From Hydrolagus affinis (Eukaryota): DNA of 64,000 bases. Where the stretch lies: NCBI GenBank assembly GCA_012026655.1, contig JAAILG010001482.1, forward strand, positions 1 to 64,000. The letters are read 5' to 3'. A program made the position numbers and the translations under genes. Positions within the stretch are counted from its first letter, which is position 1. Each line of letters starts with the position of its first letter. The notes below the pieces were generated by a model. That model was not told the DNA's origin, ran no database searches, and saw only the letters and a program-made list of their open reading frames with translations. Positions 51,444 to 63,560 of the stretch are shown here, one piece after another.

Positions 51444-51730
51444 ATAATAATAATAATTCTTGCATTTGATATAGAGCTTTTAACATCTTCTAGGTGCCTC
51501 AAAGCACTTCACAACGTATTCTGTAAAGTGAATTACTATATATTTTGTGGGCGATTGCGCATAGCATTGTCCATCAAACAGTCATGGATTGAATTGACCT
51601 TTTTTTAAGGATTATCAGGCTTGTGGACTATAGCTTGTGGAAACTTGCCCTAGGTTTTGTACTGCCTGGAATCGAACCCATGTCTGTCGCTTACCAGGCA
51701 AGTGCTCTAACCACCGAGCTACAGGACTCC
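51444..51730 (-). mobile_element. Full-length tRNA-headed SINE
   Basis: Antisense head gtgctctaaccaccgagctacaggactcc and B box ggaatcgaacc. Confidence 0.9.
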
Positions 51731-54700
51731 ATCTTGGTCAATAATTAAATCTGTAGAATCACCATGAATATTTTGAACTGATTTTTTTTCTCCCCTTAAA
51801 AAAAGTCTGCTGTGAACCGAACTGTTTTTTTTTAAGTTGAATTGAGGAGTTTATAAATATATATATATTATATATATATATATCATTCTCAGCACATCAA
51901 CTACAACAGGTTCACGTTTCATCCCCGTGAATAGTTCCTTAAAGCCACTGCTAAGCACAGTGTGTTGATTTCTGGGAATAACACGCTTTTTAAATATTTA
52001 TTGTGTAATGGAAAACTTAGTTGAAAATGTCTACAACACTGTATGGAACGGAGTGGGGGTGGGGGGGGGGGGGAGGAAGAGGGAGAGTCTCCAGGGATTA
52101 TTTCACTAAAGCTAGGACAAGAGGAAGTGACTGTCATATTTTTGTTCAGTAAACTTGCTTCGCATAATTATTTTTGTGACTTTGTTGTGTTCAAAGCACA
52201 AGTTGAAAAGTGTAAGAGGTTGATCTTAGACTGTATACAGAGGAAATAACGGAGTGTCTGGCATTGCTGCCAGCCCTCTCTAGCAGCCCTTCTCCAGGAA
52301 CACATTATTCCTCATGGGACCAAACTTCCCATTCATTTAACCTTTTAAGTTTCTTGTATTCATTTTACCACATGATGTGTAACACTGCGGAGTGACCTAT
52401 TTTAGGATATAACAAAGGATAGAAGAAACAATCTGATAGATTACATAATGACTGAGGGGAAGGAAAGAAAACCAGGCTACAGTAAGAATGGTTTGCTAAA
52501 TAATTCATAATATCATACAGGGTGATAATGTTATAAGGTTCTTTGCTCAAGCTCAAGTTTGTAATGCTGGTGTCCTTCGGACTCAAGGTTTCTGACGTTC
52601 GATATATAGTACTTCCACGTTTTGGTGCAGACTGGCTGTCTTCCCACACATGTACACAGCACATGGTATGGTGTGGTTCAATAGTGACAGTGTAACTCCT
52701 GAGGAATTTATTACATTTTTAGTTTATGCTGAAGCCAATTTGTATATTGCAGAATTTGCTAATTATCTACACTATCTGCTTATTCGCAAAGCTCCTAAGG
52801 TACAGATAATACTGTAATTCAAATGAATTTCTACCTTCTGAGTGGAGATGATCATAACAATTATTAGCATGACATAGTACATCACCAACAACAAAATTAA
52901 AATTGTGTAGCGCCTTTCACGTCGGGAGGACATCCCAAGGTGCACACACTGTGATATTATTGTATTTTTGCCATTACAGGTGTTAAATGGAAGCTAATGT
53001 AGAATGTAGACACACAAAGCAATTTCTGCACACAGAGGTTAGAAAAATCAAAATATCAGTTGTACGATATTTTAATATTGTTACAGATCTGGATTAAATA
53101 TGTTAGTTCAGTCACTCCTGAAGTATATGCATTCAAATATTTTTAATTAAAACAATTTTAGCAACAGCATTTCAAAGAATGGTGTCTAATTTGATTCATG
53201 TGGGATACTTTGCCTTTTGAATTTTCCAGTGTTGAGCATATAGTAATAATAATATCAATATGAAGTGGACTGAGATATGAGAAATTATTTTTGAGCTATT
53301 GTGAAGTGGAGGTTAAATGATACGTACTGTTCCAGGTATTTAATGTCTGAAACAGTGATTGTCCAGCGCCTTGGGACATCCTCCTGACGTGAAAGCTGCT
53401 ATATAAATGTAATTGTTGTTGTTGTTTTATGCTTCCCCTCTCTTGAGTGTATTGTATCTCCCATCCCTGGTGTTTCTACCATTTTTTTTTACTTTATTTC
53501 GGTCAACAATAAAATTATATTTGCATTTAGGTGAATTTATCAACAATTAAAACTTTCACAACAAAAAGAGACTCACAATAAATGGATTTTGAAATACTGT
53601 ATGCAAGATAATCTTGTCTGTGAATATGTTACCTTTTGCACTTGAGTGTTATTTTTGGACTACACTGGTTAAAATAATGACCTGTCACATTTACAACATT
53701 TAAGTTTATTTTAATGTATAGTTATTAGCTATTTTCTGCAGAGATACTTTTGTTGGGGTGGGTGAGGGTGGAGGAGGGGTGGTTCAAAACATGTTTGCTG
53801 TCTAAACAAAGGTAACTTTTGTCTTGTTATGGAGAGAAGCCAAGCTGCTTGACATGATGACAGATGTGATATTATTTAGAGCTGGTAAAAAATTCAGGTT
53901 TGTATGGGTGCTTTGTTTTCCCTAAGATTGTGTTTTGACTTGCATATTTTTGATTGCCATTACAGTATTAACCATTTTATTGAATGCAGAACACAGAATA
54001 TTGTGTAAGACCTAGTCGAGAAATCAGCGTTATTTTCTTAAGCTATTTCTGTATCTTTTCCAAATGTTTGTACATAATGTTTTAGCATGATATATTTTTA
54101 TCATAATGTATTACCTGTCCAGACTCTTGCATTTTGAAAATATGTTTAAAAATAGATATATCTGATCCTTGTAACTATGTATTTTTCTGATGCTTCATTA
54201 ATAGCTGGTGTGAGTTATTTATCTCTGACGTTAAATTAGATCTGTTAAGCACTTTGTAGCCCTAGCCGGGTGAAGGATGCTTCAGAAGTTGTTGTTGTAC
54301 TACTGGTAGCTCTTACTGGTAGTTCCCCCCAATGTTAGCATAATTATTTCTGACTCGCATTTTAGATTTTACTGGGTTTGTTGGTTTATTGGCTGGAGAG
54401 AACACTCTTGCTTGAGGAAACAGAAATTATTCTATTTGTTTGGTAATGACAGAAAGAGATTCCATCTGTCAAGTGGTTCGCTGAAATAAGTCTCTTTGCT
54501 TTGCATACCTTGTAAAAATACAGTAATCTTAAGAATCTGTGGAGGGGTGAGCTGGAGTGGTGCATAATACATTAATAGAATGTCAAAATATGCCTGAAAC
54601 ACTCCTCCCTCCGTCAACTTCTGAATTGTTGTTGAGCCCAAATCCGATCGAAAACTCCTGGATGCTGCCATTTGAGATTCACGCTCATACCCTTCCTCCC

Positions 54701-54789
54701 CTAACTCCACTTCCACGGCTGTTTGTGGGACACTGCTGTGCAATTTGGCTGCCGCGTTTTGCTCACAAATATACAATCAATTTTCCTAC

Positions 54790-54941
54790 TTTCCTTCAAC
54801 CTGCTCCGAGCCCTCCCCCACTGCTCTTGTCCCTACCTAACTCTACAGTGCCTTGGGACGTCCTTTCAACGTGAAAGGCGCTATATAAATGTAAGTTTTG
54901 ATTGTTTGATTGTTTGATTGATTGATTGATTGATTGATTGA
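54790..54941 (+). mobile_element. L2 3' end with an expanded (ATTG)n tail
   Basis: gtgccttgggacgtcctttcaacgtgaaaggcgctatataaatgtaag followed by the (gatt)n microsatellite at 54900-54941. Confidence 0.8.
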
Positions 54942-55393
54942 TATCCAAGGTCACAGTCAAGCTTGAAAACCAGCGTTTCTGAGCTTGTTCGTGCGATGGT
55001 GGCCTCATTGATCATAAGCTGGACTAATATCTGATGAATAAATGCATTTGTAAATAGCAATGGGTCCTGAGGCAATGCTCAGTCGAACCTTAGAAATCTA
55101 TAGTGAAGAAGGAGGCATTCAAGCCAGCTCACGAGCAAGGAAATACATAAATCACATTGCCTCTGCTCTCCCCTATAGCCCTTTCAAGCCCTTGTCTTTC
55201 AAATACGTAACAACTACTAGTGGGTTCGCAAGCTCCCTGTTCTGTGGAAGTCAATTACTCTGTAATGAGATTGAATAAAAATCAATCTGACGAGATTTGA
55301 GCCCCAGTTTCTCCCACTGTGATAAGTTCGAATAATTCACACAGTGTAACACGACAAATTACATATATTAAACAATTTGTATTTCTGTATACT

Positions 55394-55709
55394 GGAGCTC
55401 CTGAGGCTCAGTGGTTAGAGCATTTGCCTTACAAGCGTGAGACCTGTGTTCAAATCCAGGCAGATTAGGGTGAAACCTTGGGCAAGTTTCCTTACTCCAC
55501 ACTCCTAATAATCATCCAAAAAAGTCCACAATAATAAAAATTGGTCATTTCAATCCATGACTGTTTGTGGGACACTGCTGTGCACAATTGGCTGCGATGT
55601 TTTGCCCATGAATATATGGTCAATTCACTTTACAGTATATTCTGTGAAGCACTTTGAGACATTGATAAGATGTGAAACGCGCCATATCAAATGCAAGGAT
55701 TATTATTAT
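55394..55709 (+). mobile_element. Full-length tRNA-Val-headed SINE
   Basis: Head with gctcagtggttagagc and ccttacaagc; body; (att)n tail. Confidence 0.9.
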
Positions 55710-56130
55710 AGTTGTCCTTCATATTCAAGATAACATCTTGAAGCTTTGTCCAGTGGTGGGGTTGGAAGATGAGCAATGGAGAAGGAGTGGATGACCATAG
55801 ATAGGCGGGGTCAAAAAGGTAGATTTTCAGGTGGAATTTAAAGTTAGATAAAGAGAAAAAGAGTTAATAACAATTAAGTCACTCAATATTATCGATTTGT
55901 TTACATTTTAAATGCACAAAAAGAGATTTAGAGCTCTCCTTGGTGCAACAAACAAAACACACTTTATTTACATCAATAAGTTTACAGAGCTCTTGAAGTT
56001 AAATACTTTTGGAAAAATGACTTTGTGACCCTGATTTATTTTTGACTACAGTGCCAAAAGAATTGCTGTTACACTATTGAGAGCATGTATTTTTTTTTAA
56101 GAAAGCTAAACTCACTTATATAGTTGCTGA

Positions 56131-56291
56131 CAAAAACGCCAAATACTGCAGATGCTGGAAATCTGAAACAAAAACAGAAATCGTTGGGAACACTCAGCAG
56201 GTCAAGCAGCATCTATGGAGAAAGGAAAAGTGAGTCAACGTTTCGGTCCACGACCCTTCATCAGAACGAAGCAATTTCTGTTTTTGTTTTG
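56131..56291 (-). mobile_element. Penelope-like retroelement terminal-repeat insertion with 14-bp TSD and short inverted segment
   Basis: TSD tatatagttgctga at 56117-56130 and 56292-56305. The segment at about 56275-56290 is the reverse complement of 56166-56181. Contains a hammerhead motif. Confidence 0.8.
56234..56267 (-). ncRNA. Minimal type I hammerhead ribozyme motif (possibly degenerate)
   Basis: Minus strand reads GUU-CUGAUGA-AG-GGUC-GUG-GACC-GAAA-CG-UU-GAC: both conserved core boxes, a 4-bp stem II, palindromic AACGUU at helix III, and a GUU cleavage triplet. Confidence 0.65.
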
Positions 56292-57074
56292 TATATAGTT
56301 GCTGATTTATTTGGCAGGAGCTGAGAACATTGTGAGTTAATGGGAAGACTGTCTGGGAAGTTGGGAAGACCTGTGTATTTATATTATACTCGTGTATCAT
56401 TTGCTATTTATCCAGCAAAATATTCAGGCAAAAAAATGGCAAGTAACATATGAGCTTTGAGTTACATACTATGCAACTCAATTTAATGTATCTATAATTT
56501 TTTCATGGAATATAATGAAGTTTTGCCTTACTATTGTCAAAGAGTTTTGAATTGTTTTATTTGATATCAGTTTAGGTGTAAGCCATCTTTTGAATATATA
56601 TTTTTTTCTTTCCTGCCCCCCCACCCCCCCCTCCCCCCACCCAACAGTGGTCGCTTTTAAGACAAATTGTTTAATAATTTATAACACACACCAGACGGTC
56701 AGTGAATCCGCTGCGGATTATCTCTCAATAAACCTGAAGTAATCACATTACACTTTACCAAATGCTTTTCCACGAACATTATCTCACTCCAAGACGACTG
56801 AGAACACAGTCATGGGTCATCACCAGCTGCAGAGAAGGTTGTGTGTGTTTGGGGAGAGAGGTTAGCTTTTGCTGGACTAAGGGTCTCTAGCCCTGTGGAA
56901 GGGAGTCAGCATCTGCCACACTGGAGAAAAGGCTGAAGTCAACACCCCTCACGCTGCAGGGAAGGGGAAGTGGGGGCAAATTATGTATTCAGCATTCTGT
57001 CTGACACAAGCTGATTGATGACACAGAATAGGAATATTGGTGGCTAATGATTCAGCTACTCCCCTAACTTCTGG

Positions 57075-57270
57075 AACTGCCTGCCTCAAACCCTCCGCCA
57101 CAGCCCCTCTTTATCTATCTTTAAATTTCACCTTAAGACCTACCTCGTAGACCCTGCCTATGGTCACCTCCTCTTCTTCCCTGTATTCTTGCTTGGCATC
57201 CAACCCCACCACCGTGAAACATTCCGACATGTTATTCTGTATGAAGGGCATTATATAAATGCAAATTGCT
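57075..57270 (+). mobile_element. L2 LINE 3' end, degenerate
   Basis: ctggaactgcctgcctcaaaccctccgc...tttaaatttcaccttaagacctacctc (WN.LP..LR...FK..LKT.L), followed by the tail. Confidence 0.7.
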
Positions 57271-57930
57271 ATTGGACAAAGCTTCTTGAAGTCTATAATT
57301 GTTCTCTGCAGTTGCATATTCAGTGACCATAGAGGAAACTGGTAATGTTTAAGACCCAAAGCACAAATAAATAATCCTACGGCCTTGGCGGTTGTAGATG
57401 GTTCATTTTCCATGATCGATCGATCTCTGGATGCTATTCTATGTATCTAAGTAATTGTGCATAATGCATAGTGTTTTTTTTTTACATTTATAGACATTTA
57501 CAAGCCAGTTTGGACACAAAAATCATTCAGGTATGGAGTGATGCATTTTGTGAAGGCAATATGGGTTTATCACGTGACTTCAAGTTTCGTTAATGACTGG
57601 AATTTCAAATCAAAATCTTAGTAGTATCTCTTGCTTCCAGCTGTCAAATGATCAACCATGTTGCTTGTTGTGGGTGTGATTGGCATTCCCCATTTCTATT
57701 GAAAGGCAATTTTTCTCTCCTTTTGAAACAACCCCTCTCTTGTGATGAGACTGACTGATTAATTTGAGGTACAGTTTCTCTGCCCACGGTATGTTGTGAG
57801 TTTCACCACAAGCCGTGGGAGAGGGAGATTACTGAGGGGGAAGACGGTGTCGGGTAGAATTCCCAAAACACTGTATTGAGCAGATTATTTAAAATCTCAG
57901 TCCCTATATTAAATCAACACTGCAATCAGT

Positions 57931-58233
57931 GAAGTCCTGTAGCTCAGTGGTTAGAGCACTCGCCTTACAAGCGAGAGACTTCAATTCCAGGTAGGGTGAA
58001 GCCTTGGGCAAGTTTCCTTACGCCACATGCCCAATAATAATCCCTCAAAAAAAATTATAAATCGGTTATTTAAATCCACGTCTGTTTGTGGGATACTGCT
58101 GTGCGCAATTGGCTGCCACGTTTCACCCACATATATGCAATCAATTCACTTTACAGTATATTCTATAAAGCACTTTGAGACGTATAGAAGATGTGAAAAG
58201 CACTATATCAAATGCAAGGATTATTATATTATT
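57931..58233 (+). mobile_element. Full-length tRNA-Val-headed SINE
   Basis: gtcctgtagctcagtggttagagcaCTCGC-cttacaa-GCGAG: intact anticodon stem-loop with TAC. Confidence 0.92.
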
Positions 58234-61200
58234 TTATTCATTTTGAAATCCTCGTTCAGTGTTCAATTAATTTCCACCATATACTTTCTTGGTTTCATGT
58301 GTGCCTTTTTGTTCCTAACAACAACAACAACAACAAAATTATGTTTGTAGAGCCCCTTTAACATCGGGAGGACGTCCCAAGGCGCTGAAATACCTACCTT
58401 TATGCAATAATAATTGCTTTTTATTTCTACAGCTGGTCAGAGTTCCAGAATATTCTTTATATACAAATTTTTTTGCTATTTTCTCCTAGTGTCTTGGCCA
58501 ACAATTCTCTGAATAAAATTGGTCATTCATTTCATGGCTGTTTGTGGGACTCTGATAAATGCTATATCAAATGTGAGGATTGTTATTATTATTATTATTA
58601 TTATTATAGTGAGATTTCCCACTACCCAACTCATGATGTTAAGGCAAGTTAAACCACCATAACTGAGATCAGCTAACCCATAACAAACCACGCATCAAAC
58701 CCGGTCGTAAATTGTTATTTCATTCAATTACCACCGAAAAATTGGCAGAAAACATTTTTGCAGATATATGACAGGCGTGTGTGAAATTCAAAATCTGCAT
58801 CAGCCTTTGAGTACTTAAGAGATTAAAACAAATGGTATTTCTCTTTTTCTGAGTCATGTTCCCAGTAAAATGGTGTGTGTCATAGTTGTGAAATGCCTTC
58901 AGTAGAAACCGTCTTGGTACATTATTAAGAGACATTGATTAGTGTGTTGAGTCTAGTCTCGCAACTTAAAGCAAGCACCATAACACCTGTGCAGAATTAC
59001 CACTGACTTTCAGTAACTAATACCAGCATTATGATACAGCATCACTGAGAAAGAGCTTTATTTCTGACCAAATGATGTCATTGTACTCGCTTGAAATCAC
59101 AAAGATTTTAATTTTTTTTAAAAACCAGTTAGGTTGAAAGATCTGTCATCCTTGAGGTAGGATTTTGAACAGCATAAATACCAGAGTCACTATGCCCAGA
59201 CATGAAGCATGCTGCGGGATTCTTCAGTGAAATCAGACGCACAATACACAGAGAGCAGAAATGACAAAAACATAACTGCTGGCTGCTCACTGTGTGACTG
59301 AGAAAATAGGCTTAGGGCTTAATACCTGGGAACAGAATGCAGTGTTTATTTCAACTTAGCATTATCCTAAGTGTCGCCTTTCTATCTTTTTTTCAAATTT
59401 GCACAGCACTTCATGTTGTAACTGTATGCAAACATGTCAAAATAATATATTTAAGTCCAGGTGTTATAGTGCTGTCCTCACAATAGAATTCTCTTGGAAC
59501 AGATACTAACTCTTGCAGCTCAGCCAAATTACAGGTCTGGGCTGAACAGCCAGTTAAATTGCATTACATTACAGCAATCTGTGTGGTTTGGGTGCAACGG
59601 CAGGCAGTTTAAAGAGAGATGTGGGCATTCTGCCCTGTTCTCATTTTGACCCCCACAGCATTTTGAGGCACTTCTTTTTCTGTGAAAGGTCCTGCATAAT
59701 TGTATGTATATAGATGTTGTTCTTGAGAGGTGACTATGCTGATTTGCCAAGCAATTTTCAGTTTGAGCCACTTTTACGATGGGCAAGTAACCATAATGAT
59801 ATTTAAAAATTTGGACTTGATTGTTTCATATCATACCTTATAAATTCATTTAAGTGGAATGTCCAGGAGTAGGTGCCTTGCATCATGTTAGTACAAACAG
59901 ATTTCTACTGTAAATTCACCTTATCATTGGCGGCTGGCTAATTAAGTGTGCAGACTTAACCCTTGTTTTTTTTTAATGAAAAACAATATGTTCAAAATGA
60001 TCAGGTTTTGAGGGGTTCTCCGCAGAGCCCACTTGAGCTTGTGTCGGCCTGTCAAATCGTGCACACGTGTGCGTGTGGTTGGCCTCCTGTCAAACTACTT
60101 CAATAAAATTCAGACTCTCAGCTACTAAATATCCAGACTCCCAATACAAGCCTTCATTTTGGTTATATGCCTCCAGTGGAAGTGGCTGAACTGAAACTTG
60201 TTGTCCACATCACCGTCAGCACCTCTCAAGAACAAGGCACAATGGCTACAGCCCACTCTTGCAAAAACCCCAGGAGACTGCAAGTAATTTCTGGCACTTA
60301 CCAGCTTGTTTAGTTGGGCACAAACCACAGACGACCATTTTGTAGAAAAAAAAAGAGAAAATACTAAACTTTCAGAATATTTACCCCTACACATTTTAAT
60401 AAAATTGTGTGCAACCCGCCCAGAAATCGTGAACTCCCAGTCAGCGGTGATGGCATGTTCAAAATTCCGGCCCCAATCAAAAGCAATACTCTCCTGTCCT
60501 CAGTGAATGAGTTTTCCTGGCTTTCTGCTGGGCAGCAGTGTGAACGCTGCATTGCAAGGTGGTACAGGAAAGAAATGAAATTGGACAGGAGCAGTGCTAC
60601 CTTGTGCAAGACACACACATCTCTACCATCGCATGGCAATGTCGCTGCTCCACCTATGAATCTGCGGTATGAAGGTAGGAATGGGAGCAACAGGAAGGAT
60701 GAACTTAGGAAGAAAAGTGTACGCCTGTGTGCATGTGTATACGAGAGACGAAGGAAGATGCGGTCTAAACAAAAATCGAATAAGGAAACTATTGGAACAA
60801 TGTTGTGACATGTTGAAGACCTTATGGTTTGACAGGGAAAGAGAGAGCGAGGGAGAGATGCAAATGTTACTCTGATCACTTGCATAGCTCGCAACAACTA
60901 GTTTCATAAATACATTGGAAAGCAGGTTTCCTGCCCATCCTTTTGCCAGGAGCGGTGTGTGAGGACGCAAGGCCAATTGAGCGGAACAAGATTTGATAAA
61001 CAAAGAAGTAAGCAAAATTAGGTGTACTTAATCCTTAATTGCTGAGTACGTGGAAACTTAATAGCTGTGTGCAATTGACTGCCATTGGCTGCACAATTGG
61101 TTTCGCCCACAAAATAAACAGTCAATACATTTTGCAGTATATTCTGTGAAGCTTTTTGAGACATCCCGAAGATGTAAGGTACTATATCGAATGCAAGGAA

Positions 61201-63169
61201 TATTATTAATACTTGTATAACTAATATTGAGTCTGTAGCAAAGAGCTTCTTCCCAGAACTGTGTTATCACCTTTGAGGAGGAAGTTACAGATTGCTGTGG
61301 CACAGTGCCTTATATAGTGATTTATAAAATGAAAATCCTTTGACTGAAAAGTGAATCAGCTTTCCATGGATCTATGGTATTTCCGCAAATGCAGTTTAAG
61401 TGTATTCGTTAGAATTTCCTATTGGAAATACATTAACAGTATTTAGTAGATTGCTTAAATTGATGGGCATTAATTATAAGTGAAGAAGGACTTTGGGAAT
61501 TCTGCTGGTGACTGGTGGAACATCCTCTGAAGACATGCCCCATTCACTGGTGTCAGTTATATTTACGGCTTCCAGTGAATTGTACATTTGCAGTAGGAAA
61601 AATTGTCAGACTTGAATTCAAGTGTTATCCAGGGACAGCAAAGGGAAAAAATGAATTTATTCCCAATGTAAAATCGCTTAAACAATCCCATTTTAATATT
61701 ACTGTTTGAAGGACTACATCTAGATATATCTATCTACTGTTTATTGTTTCCCTAACATTAAATCAATCGAGAACCATATAAGATTTCCTGATGGACCACA
61801 TGCTGTATCACTAATGAAAGAAACAGACTAAAAAGTCCACTGTCTGTCTCCAAATCGGACTGGTTTTGCTGTTATATAATTAATGAACATTCACATTTTT
61901 TTGTTCAGTATTACAGTGGCTCTAACCTTCTTTGACTGTGTCTGCCAAAATGAACTGTCTAGCTCCTGTCACGTACAGGCAGAGTATGCTTAACTGAAAT
62001 ACTTTCATGAGCAGGTCAAGTTAGATCAGTACTCAGTGTTGGCTGTGTATAATTTACAGTGTTTTTGTCTGTTCATGGTTTATAGTCTGACGTGGGGATT
62101 TTCGAGCCTGTCAGTCTACAATGTTGGTGAAACAGTTCTGAGTTTGAGTGGACCACCTAAGCTGTCAGTAATTTGAACAATGATTGATTTAGCAGCATCT
62201 TGAGAGCTCAGCATTAGCCAGACTAATACCTTTGGAAACATTATGTGGCTATATTGACTGCATTTTATAGCAAATTAATGGAACTTGTAGGTGCAGTGTA
62301 TTTTTCCCACATATTTTGTTTTGCAAATGGGGAATATGTGGTGCAAATTTATCTTTAAAGAAAGAGTTAAAATGGTTCGGCCTTTGGTCACACATAACAT
62401 GGTATTTGATTTCAGTTTCTGAGCACTTCGTGGAACGGTTTCCATTGCAACGGCATAAAAAACTCAGATCAAATTTCATACTTTGCTGTGAATGACATTT
62501 GTGAAGACGTGAAATGGTTCACTTTTGATCGTATCTCTTGAGGCAGAACCAGCCAAAAGCTATTAGTTTTTTTTAAAAAAAGAGGATGATTGGAGGGGGG
62601 AGAGTGGGGGGAGGTGCGGTATGGGGGAGAAGCATGGGTTTACCTCTCTTGTCAGAGGAGTTCTTCTGTGTGATAGCCAGGAAACGACTTAATCTGTGGC
62701 ACTACAGCCAAAACATTCCTTCAGATCTACACAACTACTGAAAAGTAACTTTTCTAGAGTAGTTTATTACCTTAAAGAAATGCTTGCTTCCCCACCCCCT
62801 GCCCGTGTCTAGATGGTGATGGGATACATTGCTGCAATAACATTTCTCTCTCAAAATGCAGTCAATCCACTTTACAGTGACTTTATTCACTCCACTTCAT
62901 TCCTGTGAAATGCTTTAACAACAGCACTAACACATTTGTATAGTGCCTTTCACGTCGGGAGTACGTCCCAAAGCACTAGACAGTCAGTGTTTTGGATCTG
63001 AGCTTGAAGACATTTCGAGGATGCGAAAGGATGATGCAAGGATTATTATTATTATTATAGCAACTTTAACCCTCCTGCTTACCAAAAAAAAATACCTTAT
63101 TCCCCAAAATATTGATTATGCATTTTCATTTTCAAAATGTTGGAGGTCTGCACATAATTTATGGAATAA

Positions 63170-63560
63170 TTTTCAAATTTAATATAGCATCTTTCACATC
63201 GAGAGAACATCTCAAAGCGCTTCACAGTATATACTATAAAATGTTGTGACCTGACCGTATTTTGGGGATGAACACGCGGCCATTTTGCACTCAGAAATAT
63301 ACCACAACAGCCATGAAATGAATGACTGATGTTATCTGGGGGATTGTTGTCCATAACACTGGAGAAACTCCCTTCATTTTCAAAGAGTGCCATGGGATCT
63401 TTACGTCCACCCAACCAGGCAGACTTTATTTTAATATCTATTCTGAAGGAAGGCACCTTCAACAATGCAGCATACACCCAGCAGTGCATTAGAACATCAG
63501 CCTAGACTGAAATACCACAACCTGCTGACTCATTGATGGTAGTACAAAACCGAGCCAAGA
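63170..63560 (-). mobile_element. Deu-core SINE
   Basis: Antisense core gagtgccatgggatctttacgtccacccaaccaggcagac...aaggcaccttcaacaatgcagc...tcagcctagac, with the tail at the left end. Confidence 0.8.

Noticed and set aside
52055-52075. G-runs with quadruplex potential (also about 1094-1124, 50418-50470, 62592-62630)
   Set aside because: Common low-complexity tracts with no further evidence of function.
57931-58000. tRNA-Val(TAC) gene (also 8810-8877, 21228, 25587, 29820-29888, 45292, 51660-51730, 55394)
   Set aside because: These are SINE heads: diverged copies without a proper acceptor stem, always fused to the same body and tail.
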